Shown one piece after another: positions 57,760 through 64,000 of a stretch of DNA of 64,000 nucleotides. This DNA comes from Candidatus Saccharimonadia bacterium. Its GTDB lineage: Bacteria; Patescibacteriota; Saccharimonadia; Saccharimonadales; 2-12-FULL-41-12. The stretch covers positions 1,055,752 to 1,119,751 of the forward strand of contig OY970327.1 in NCBI GenBank assembly GCA_963717365.1, in the 5' to 3' direction. The notes beneath the pieces were generated by a model. That model saw nothing but the letters and a program-made list of their open reading frames with translations. It was not told the DNA's origin and ran no database searches. How positions within the stretch are numbered: the first letter of the stretch is position 1; each line of letters starts with the position of its first letter. The translations under genes were made by a program, and so were the position numbers.

Positions 57760-60740
57760 TAGACCTTAAGGAAACAAACTTCGAAAAGTTCATAACTGAT
57801 TTTTTGGTCAAGACCAATACATACGCACTTCGCGGTGCCGATGAAAAAGGTGTTCCAGTTAAAGATAAACACTATGACCGCGAGTTAGCGCTAGACTTAG
57901 AAACACTGAAAAACTTTATCGAAGCAAGCCAACCAAAAGAGTGGAAACGATTACAGGAAATCTATGGTGATGAAGCGATACAAGGCTTTGCAAAACGTCT
58001 AGACCAAGAACTTACACAGATAGGTGTGCTAGAAGTAATACGAAATGGTGTGTCAGACCGCGGTGTACACATTGACCTTATGTACAAGCGCCCGAATACT
58101 GGATTTAATCCTGAAAGTGAACGCCTTTACGGGCTAAATCAGTTTAGCGTAATGCGTCAAGTGTATTTTAGCCCTAAAGACCAACGATCAGTTGATATTG
58201 TGCTGCTACTTAATGGCATTCCCGTTGTAACGATGGAATTAAAGAATCAACTCACTGGACAAAATGTACAGCACGCCATACACCAGTACAAAGTTGATCG
58301 CATGCCTAGCGACAAACTGTTCGCATTTAAGCGCTGTCTAGTGCATTTTGCAGTAGATAATAATCAAGTGTTTATGACTACAAAAATTGAGGGACTCGCT
58401 ACGTACTTCCTGCCGTTTAATAAGGGTGCTGATAACGGTGCAGGAAATCCTCAAGTAGACGGCAAATTCGCATCTTATTACCTTTGGGAAGACGTACTTA
58501 CTAAGGATAGCTTATTAGAAATTATCAGCCGCTTTATGCACGTACAGGTTGAGAAAAAGAAAGACCCCAAGACAGGCAGAATTATTAAAAAAGAATTGCT
58601 CCTTTTCCCACGCTACCATCAACGTGATGTTGTGCGAAAATTGATTGAAGACGCGCGTGAAAATGGTGCTGGTAAGAATTACTTGATTCAGCACAGCGCA
58701 GGATCAGGCAAATCTAATTCTATAGCATGGACTGCGCACAACTTAAGTGATCTACATAACTCTATAGACAAGAAAGTTTTCGATAAGATTATCATAATCA
58801 CTGATAGGCGAGTACTTGATAAGCAACTTCGCGACACGGTAAGTCAGTTTGAGCAACAAGTAAACGTTGTTAAAGGGGTTACTAAATCGAGCGAACTGCG
58901 TGATGCATTGCAGGATAAAACGAAAATTATCGTATCAACGCTACAAAAGTTTCCTGTGATTGTAGAAGATATGGAACGTATACAAGGTAAGACTTTTGCA
59001 ATAATTGTTGACGAGGCTCATTCAAGCCAAAGTGGCGAAAGCACTAAGGCACTAAAACAGACTCTGAACAAGCTTGAAGATGCAGAGAATGAAGATGAGC
59101 AGAACAAACAAGAATATGACCCAGAAGTTCAGTTTGCACTAGATGTACAGTCTGCAAGGGGAAAGTTGCCGCACGTTAGTTTTTTTGCGTTTACGGCCAC
59201 GCCAAAAGAAAAAACACTCGAACTGTTTGGCGAAAAAGGTACAGACGGTAAGTTTTATCCATTTAGCTTATACAGCATGAAACAGGCAATCCAAGAGGGC
59301 TTTATCTTAGATGTTCTTCAGAACTACACAACTCATAAGATGTACTTTGAGTTGATTAAAAAAGCTGCTAATTACGACCCTGAATTTGAAAAGAAGAAAG
59401 CTTATAGGCTTGCTATTAGTTACGCTGACTTGCACGAGCACGGCATTGAGAAAAAAGCCGAACTTATGGTGGAGCACTTCCACAGTCAGATAGAGCGACT
59501 TATTAAAGGACAAGCAAAGGCAATGATTGTTACTAAGTCACGCTTACACGCTGTACGGTACTTCTTAGCTGTAAGGGACTACCTAACTAAACAAAGCTTC
59601 CCTTTTCAAGCTGTTGTGGCATTCTCGGGTACTGTCGTGGATGCCAGCCGCGGCGGAATTGAGTATACGGAAGCAGGGCTAAATGGCTTCTCAGAGCTGC
59701 AGACAGTTGAGAAGTTTGACGAGGATGCGTTTAAGATACTGATCGTTGCGAATAAGTTTCAAACAGGTTTTGACCAACCAAAATTGGCAGCTATGTACGT
59801 TGATAAAAAATTGGGCGGAGTCGCAACTGTACAAACACTGAGTCGTTTAAACCGAACGATGGGCAAGATTAAAGACAATGTATTTGTACTTGATTTTGTT
59901 AATGACCCAGCAAATATACAAAAGGATTTCCAACCGTACTACACAAGCACAATATTGTCGGAATCTACTGACCCAAACATTTTGTACGACCTAAAGAGGG
60001 ATATTCTCGGTGCTGGTTTATTTGGCGAAGAACAGGTAGCTCAACACTACACACTGCTGGTATCTGATAACCAAGAAAATCAGGCTGTAGTTGCGGGATT
60101 GCTTGACGAGGCAGTACAAAACTTTGATGCACTTGATGAAGACGACCAAGAAGAATTCCGAGGCAAATTAATAGACTTTGTGCGCAAATATGCCTTTATT
60201 GCGCAGTTGTTTGACTTTGGCGATGGCAAGTTGGAACAGTTCTACGAGTACACACGTAACTTGAATAAAAAGCTTCCTAGAAAAAAAGAGAAAATGCCGA
60301 TAGAGTTGCTAGACCAAATTGATCTAAGTAGTATCGCCGTATCTAAGGGCACTAAAAATACAATCGGTCTTGTTGATACTGAAACAGAGTTAGAGCCAAT
60401 GAGCAGTAACTCACGTGGTGGTAGACCGCTCGATGAGATGGAACGCCTTTCACTAATAGTAAAAAGTATCAATGAACAGTTCGGACTGCCTGAGGGCATG
60501 GAAGAAGACGGAATGTTACTTGTTTCACGTATAAAAGATCGTGATGACGTTAAGAAAGCAATTGCCAATAACCCCAAAGGAGCCGCAAAGACTCGTTTTA
60601 GTGAGGTAATGCAGGAAGAACTAATGAAAATGTTTGCTGAAAGAGCAGAGTTCTACAAGACACTAGACGGTGATGCAGCCTTGAAAGAAACTATTTCTGA
60701 AAAAATATTTGACGAGCTATATAAGCAGGTGAAGTCATGA
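57756..60740 (+). CDS. hsdR: Type I restriction enzyme, restriction (helicase-nuclease) subunit
   Basis: Walker A QHSAGSGKS, DEAH box IVDEAHSSQSG, helicase C-terminal motifs (QTGFDQP, TLSRLNR), and an N-terminal nuclease region (DIVLLLNGIPVVTMELK). Confidence 0.95.
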   Translation: MIDLKETNFEKFITDFLVKTNTYALRGADEKGVPVKDKHYDRELALDLETLKNFIEASQPKEWKRLQEIYGDEAIQGFAKRLDQELTQIGVLEVIRNGVSDRGVHIDLMYKRPNTGFNPESERLYGLNQFSVMRQVYFSPKDQRSVDIVLLLNGIPVVTMELKNQLTGQNVQHAIHQYKVDRMPSDKLFAFKRCLVHFAVDNNQVFMTTKIEGLATYFLPFNKGADNGAGNPQVDGKFASYYLWEDVLTKDSLLEIISRFMHVQVEKKKDPKTGRIIKKELLLFPRYHQRDVVRKLIEDARENGAGKNYLIQHSAGSGKSNSIAWTAHNLSDLHNSIDKKVFDKIIIITDRRVLDKQLRDTVSQFEQQVNVVKGVTKSSELRDALQDKTKIIVSTLQKFPVIVEDMERIQGKTFAIIVDEAHSSQSGESTKALKQTLNKLEDAENEDEQNKQEYDPEVQFALDVQSARGKLPHVSFFAFTATPKEKTLELFGEKGTDGKFYPFSLYSMKQAIQEGFILDVLQNYTTHKMYFELIKKAANYDPEFEKKKAYRLAISYADLHEHGIEKKAELMVEHFHSQIERLIKGQAKAMIVTKSRLHAVRYFLAVRDYLTKQSFPFQAVVAFSGTVVDASRGGIEYTEAGLNGFSELQTVEKFDEDAFKILIVANKFQTGFDQPKLAAMYVDKKLGGVATVQTLSRLNRTMGKIKDNVFVLDFVNDPANIQKDFQPYYTSTILSESTDPNILYDLKRDILGAGLFGEEQVAQHYTLLVSDNQENQAVVAGLLDEAVQNFDALDEDDQEEFRGKLIDFVRKYAFIAQLFDFGDGKLEQFYEYTRNLNKKLPRKKEKMPIELLDQIDLSSIAVSKGTKNTIGLVDTETELEPMSSNSRGGRPLDEMERLSLIVKSINEQFGLPEGMEEDGMLLVSRIKDRDDVKKAIANNPKGAAKTRFSEVMQEELMKMFAERAEFYKTLDGDAALKETISEKIFDELYKQVKS

Positions 60741-61294
60741 GATCCAAGACTATCCAGATATTTCTAAAAGACTACGAACAAGACAGTATAAAAATTGCGG
60801 AGCTATCGAATAGCATGGCAAAAGTTTTTGTAATCCCCCGGGATGAACTTGACTGGGCTAAATCTCGAAAAGAATTACAGCAACCAGCACTTTATATGCT
60901 TTTCGACGATGAGAGAACCACTGTTTATATAGGTGAATGTGAGAACTTCAACAATAGAGTAAAAGACCACGCTATCAAGAAACCATTTTGGCAGTCGGCG
61001 GTTATTTGTGTGAGTAGTAGTGATGGTATCAATAAAGCGGATGTTAAGTTCCTTGAGTCGTATTCGATTCAGAAAGCTATTGAAATAGGTCGCTTCAATA
61101 TCCAAAACATGAATTCGCCAACACCCATTACGATGAGAGAATTCGATAAAGCTACAATTCTGGATTACTTTACTGATGTTGAGCTTTTGCTGACAACTTT
61201 GGGATATAACCTGTACGAACCACTCAAAGATGAATCAAATGCCGAGGTAATTACAGCACCACCGACTTCAGTAAAGGATGAGAAGGCTATATGA
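60737..61294 (+). CDS. GIY-YIG-like protein resembling the N-terminal module of DUF4357-family R-M-associated proteins
   Basis: KTIQIFLKD...PALYMLFDDERTTVYIGECENFNNRVKDHAIKKPFWQSAV...KFLES. The ATGA overlaps the hsdR stop. Confidence 0.55.
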   Translation: MRSKTIQIFLKDYEQDSIKIAELSNSMAKVFVIPRDELDWAKSRKELQQPALYMLFDDERTTVYIGECENFNNRVKDHAIKKPFWQSAVICVSSSDGINKADVKFLESYSIQKAIEIGRFNIQNMNSPTPITMREFDKATILDYFTDVELLLTTLGYNLYEPLKDESNAEVITAPPTSVKDEKAI

Positions 61295-61673
61295 TACTAT
61301 TGTCGCACCTTGCTCTGGCAATGGATTTCAAGAAGCATTTGTAAATAAAAGCGCATGGTGGGCTGTTAGAGTAGGTCAAACCTCACTACCAAAGCTAAAA
61401 TATATAGCTCTGTATGAGTCTGCACCAACAAGTGCCATACGTGCATATGCAAAGATTGACAGGATTGAACCATATCAAAACAACCCCGGGAAATACATTA
61501 TTCACCACGACAGCAACATCGTTTACTTTGAAAATCCGATTGAGCTCGGTAAGTATTCAAATCTAGCTTTGCAAGGCTCAAGATATTACAAACTATCAGA
61601 CATGGAAGCATCAAAAGATATGGCTGAATTAACTGACAGGACATACGGGACTTCCTTATCAATCCATGAGTAA
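61278..61673 (+). CDS. Unknown 131-aa protein coupled to the GIY-YIG-like gene
   Basis: 17-nt overlap with the upstream gene. WWAVRVGQTSLPKLKYIALYESAPTSAIRAYAKIDRIEPY... No family assigned. Confidence 0.5.
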   Translation: MRRLYDTIVAPCSGNGFQEAFVNKSAWWAVRVGQTSLPKLKYIALYESAPTSAIRAYAKIDRIEPYQNNPGKYIIHHDSNIVYFENPIELGKYSNLALQGSRYYKLSDMEASKDMAELTDRTYGTSLSIHE

Positions 61674-61908
61674 CGAGTTAACTTTAACTATTGAGGAAGC
61701 TCGAAAAATCCTAGGAAAAGATTCTGATGGCATGACTGATCTTGAAATCGAAGAAGTAATCTCAACACTAGACTTAATGGCCAAGGATGCAATAAAGGTT
61801 AGTAAGGAGAAGTTGCTGATGAATCGTGATGCCAAAAGAATGGCAGAGCTTATTTACGATATTTATCAGGATAAAAAAATGAGGCAATCTCGCAAAGATG
61901 CCCCATAG
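61666..61908 (+). CDS. Unknown 80-aa protein, last gene of the R-M operon
   Basis: 8-nt overlap (ATGAGTAA) with the upstream gene. Confidence 0.45.
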   Translation: MSNELTLTIEEARKILGKDSDGMTDLEIEEVISTLDLMAKDAIKVSKEKLLMNRDAKRMAELIYDIYQDKKMRQSRKDAP

Positions 61909-61926
61909 TTTTAGGTTTGCCCAGCT

Positions 61927-62142
61927 CTAGCTTGTATGACACGCAGTGGAGCAGTAATAGCAGCCATTTATTCTTGCGTTCGGCCACTTGTGCTTCGCAG
62001 CCGTTACAGCTTCCCAGCAGTCGTTGAAGTTACCTAAGCCTATACGATTTTCTTCGTCAGGAGCATGACCGCACCCAGTCGTATGAACTTCGTGGTCACC
62101 ATTTTCTTGGGCGTTCTTGTTGATGTAGTAGTACGACATCAT
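61927..62142 (-). CDS. Small Cys/His-rich protein (71 aa)
   Basis: HEVHTTGCGHAP...NDCWEAV...INGCYYCSTACH suggests metal binding. Confidence 0.5.
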   Translation of the reverse strand: MMSYYYINKNAQENGDHEVHTTGCGHAPDEENRIGLGNFNDCWEAVTAAKHKWPNARINGCYYCSTACHTS

Positions 62143-62375
62143 TAACCCTTTGGCGGGAAGTTATCTTTTTTAGGCGGTACGGTATCAGCAGCTCTGAACT
62201 TGTTGTCCGTTCCCTGAATCCTCAACTCACCCCCGCCGTTGCTACGCATACTGTTGCGAGTCTGCGAAATTACATCGGCTTGTCGTGGACCAGTAAAACC
62301 TGCCCGTTGCGCACCTTGAGCGACGGCGCGGTATCCGTCTTTTCTATTACCGCTTACATAGTAATTTTTAGCCAT
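62142..62375 (-). CDS. DUF2188-family protein
   Basis: YRAVAQGAQRAGFTGPRQADVISQTR...GGELRIQGTDNKFR...PPKG matches the DUF2188 pattern. AAGGAG RBS. Confidence 0.55.
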   Translation of the reverse strand: MAKNYYVSGNRKDGYRAVAQGAQRAGFTGPRQADVISQTRNSMRSNGGGELRIQGTDNKFRAADTVPPKKDNFPPKG

Positions 62376-62451
62376 TGTTTTGGCTCCTTATAGTTAGTTG
62401 GTGTTGTGCTAAAATAAGGAGCGTACAAACGTGTCAAAACTAAGTACACCC

Positions 62452-62480
62452 GACACCAGTTAGCGCTGGTGTCTTTTCTT
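62452..62480 (+). terminator. Rho-independent terminator (plus strand)
   Basis: GACACCAG-TTAGCG-CTGGTGTC followed by TTTTCTT. Confidence 0.55.
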
Positions 62481-62626
62481 ATTCTAGCTATTTTGTTAAG
62501 GATCGGCAGAGACGACCCTGCCAACGCTTGCGAGATCCCAAAACTTTATTTTAGAAAACTCACCTCTATACTAACAGTTCAGATATAGTTAATCAACTAT
62601 TTCGTAACCAAAAACCGTAAGTTGGT

Positions 62627-62655
62627 TTGACAGGGACAATTGCTACCCCTATAAT
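62627..62655 (+). promoter_or_regulatory. Perfect consensus promoter TTGACA-17-TATAAT upstream of the repressor gene
   Basis: TTGACA at 62627-62632 and TATAAT at 62650-62655. Confidence 0.65.
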
Positions 62656-62693
62656 AGGGGTAATGCACGAAGTACAACGAGAGGCTACTTGCG

Positions 62694-63299
62694 TTGGCGG
62701 ACACAGAAGACTTGGGCGGGAGTAGCTATTATGCGCTTGCGAGGAAGTTGGGTGTAGCCAATCATGGCAGCGTTAAATTCCATTTAGACCAGCTTTTAGA
62801 TAAAGGTTTAGTGTTCCGCAACCAGAAAACTGGTGAAATCACCAAAGTCAGCAATGGCGAGAAGTTTCTGGGTCTATTAAGCATACCCATTATGGGTGAG
62901 GCAAACTGTGGCGCAGCCACCAGCGTTGCCGATGACAGGGTAAAAGAATTCTTAAGACTATCACCGTCTTTGCTACCGAAAGTAAAACTTGATATGCTTT
63001 ACGCACTAAAAGCCGTCGGTAATTCTATGAATGCAGCGAACATTGCTGGTAAGGCTATTGGAAACGGTGATTATGTATTGGTAGAGAAAACTGACAACGT
63101 GACGAGTGGCGATTATGTTGTTTCTATATTTGATGAAGTTGCCAACATTAAGAAATTGGTTTTTGACCCAGCTAATTCTAGAGTTCTACTACTTTCAGAG
63201 TCTACTGACCCTATGCCGCCAATCGTTGTGTCCGAAGAAGACAGTGGCGCATACTCAATCGCTGGCAAGGTGGTTGATGTTGTTCCATCTGCTTATTAG
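62694..63299 (+). CDS. LexA/CI-like repressor (wHTH plus S24 peptidase domain)
   Basis: YYALARKLGVANHGSVKFHLDQLLDKGLV (wHTH). AVGNSMNAANI (catalytic Ser) and ANIKKL (Lys) form the S24 dyad. TTG start from the ORF track. The frame is open from 62664 (see findings). Confidence 0.75.
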   Translation: MADTEDLGGSSYYALARKLGVANHGSVKFHLDQLLDKGLVFRNQKTGEITKVSNGEKFLGLLSIPIMGEANCGAATSVADDRVKEFLRLSPSLLPKVKLDMLYALKAVGNSMNAANIAGKAIGNGDYVLVEKTDNVTSGDYVVSIFDEVANIKKLVFDPANSRVLLLSESTDPMPPIVVSEEDSGAYSIAGKVVDVVPSAY

Positions 63300-63368
63300 G
63301 TTGATAATTCAGCGATATAAAGTTGGGGCTTGTCCGCTAGTTTAGTTGCAATAGTTTGCAACATGCTC

Positions 63369-63427
63369 CTCCAAAAGAAAAACACATCGACATTTCGCTA
63401 CCTCGTCGATGTGTTTTTCTTTTGGAG
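63369..63427. repeat. Perfect 23-bp inverted repeat (hairpin) near the right end of the element
   Basis: CTCCAAAAGAAAAACACATCGAC (63369-63391), a 13-nt loop, then GTCGATGTGTTTTTCTTTTGGAG (63405-63427). Confidence 0.75.
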
Positions 63428-63545
63428 CAGCTAATGAGTCGAGAACCCAGATCTTTTGCGTTAGCAAAAGTGGGTTCGGCGAAGAGAAGCCACGCACAGG
63501 TGTTTGCACCGAGCATGGCTGAACGAAAGAAGGGCGAAGCCCGCT

Positions 63546-63562
63546 GTCCCAGTGGGCCCTCC
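63546..63562 (+). repeat. Right copy of the 17-bp direct repeat (putative attR core, displaced tRNA-Lys 3' fragment)
   Basis: GTCCCAGTGGGCCCTCC is identical to 49619-49635. Confidence 0.65.
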
Positions 63563-63641
63563 GCAGCTTACCAAGCAGCTGATACTTGCAAAAATTGCAT
63601 AATAAACCGCGCTTAACGATTCTAATTGTTATACTAAGCCA

Positions 63642-63971
63642 ATGGCATTATTCAATTTTTTAAGAAACAATGCTGTTGACAACAACAACGATCATAATGT
63701 AGATGATTTGCCAGCCTTTTTCTACTTTTATTGCAAGGCTGATGAGAAAGATAAGGCAGAAAAATTAGGAAATGAGCTTGAAAAAGCAGGTTATACAAAA
63801 GACGTACATTTTCTTAAAGGCAAAAAAGGAGAGTTTGATGACGCTTGGTCTGTTACGGTTTCCAAAAAAGCAAGTGAACTTGAAAAAGAGCTAGATGTAA
63901 TTGAAAAAGGGTTCAGAGAATTAGCACGCAAATATAAAGCCGAATACGATGGACACGACATACCCCTATAA
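63642..63971 (+). CDS. Hypothetical protein (109 aa), weak RraB-like resemblance
   Basis: ORF only. The C-terminal YKAEYDGHD is reminiscent of RraB-type domains but is unverified. Confidence 0.35.
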   Translation: MALFNFLRNNAVDNNNDHNVDDLPAFFYFYCKADEKDKAEKLGNELEKAGYTKDVHFLKGKKGEFDDAWSVTVSKKASELEKELDVIEKGFRELARKYKAEYDGHDIPL

Positions 63972-64000
63972 GCTTTAGGGAAACTTATAGGGGTTGATTT

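Larger units (their letters stand above)
49619..63562. mobile_element. About 14 kb integrated element at the 3' end of tRNA-Lys (serine recombinase, orphan operon, type I R-M operon, LexA/CI-like repressor)
   Basis: The 17-bp direct repeat GTCCCAGTGGGCCCTCC occurs at 49619-49635 (inside the tRNA) and at 63546-63562. The recombinase gene abuts the tRNA. The cargo is typical of mobile DNA. Confidence 0.6.

Noticed and set aside
63356-63616. Plus-strand 86-aa ORF spanning the right-end hairpins and the 17-bp repeat.
   Set aside because: It runs through perfect palindromes, which keep both strands open. It has no RBS and implausible composition. The region is more likely structural or att DNA.
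1-64000. A search by eye for CRISPR arrays, rRNA genes, reverse transcriptase/DGR template-variable repeat pairs, and transposase-flanked IS elements.
   Set aside because: None was seen. There are no regularly spaced identical short repeats, no RT motifs (YxDD) in any long ORF, and no transposase-like ORFs. The only recombinases are the serine-recombinase genes in the island.

Overview
The window reads as a chromosomal segment from a small-genome, CPR/Saccharibacteria-like bacterium. That placement is inferred from gene content only: a short HrcA, a type IV pilin-like gene, many acidic orphan proteins, and the standard genetic code. It has two parts.

**Core region, about 1-49.5 kb.** Recognisable housekeeping genes are:
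- a polyamine module (speD, DUF4178, DUF350, membrane-fused speE-like);
- pyrB, tilS, ftsH, murJ and lepA;
- a CIRCE-controlled heat-shock cluster (hrcA, grpE, dnaK, dnaJ) interrupted by orphan genes;
- two CNNM/DUF21-CBS proteins, two NUDIX hydrolases, and four histidine-phosphatase paralogs, one of them frameshifted;
- three tRNAs.

Lineage-specific genes sit among these:
- a 1142-aa tandem-repeat protein;
- a secreted HExxH protease with five FN3 repeats;
- a pair of acidic ~300-aa paralogs.

**Integrated element, about 49.6-63.6 kb.** This looks like a ~14 kb element inserted at the 3' end of tRNA-Lys(UUU) and bracketed by a 17-bp direct repeat. It carries:
- a large serine recombinase whose ORF terminates inside the tRNA;
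- a degenerate resolvase-like gene and a leftward operon of orphan genes;
- a LexA/CI-like S24 repressor;
- a seven-gene, translationally coupled type I restriction-modification operon.

The best candidate for an undescribed system is in that operon. An unknown 241-aa protein with an RxxxxH (HEPN-like) motif sits between hsdS and hsdR, the position PrrC occupies in the E. coli prr locus. A GIY-YIG-like gene and two more unknown genes are coupled downstream of hsdR.

**Other observations.**
- Recurring non-coding motifs: a shared 17-nt promoter element, a ~45-bp palindromic repeat family, 11-bp-phased ATGTGTAT repeats, and 21-bp-spaced AATAGCAAATA repeats.
- An in-frame TAG in a small gene.
- Several apparent frame disruptions, which could be real decay or assembly indels.

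No rRNA, CRISPR array or reverse transcriptase was seen. All family assignments come from motif recognition by eye; no searches were run.
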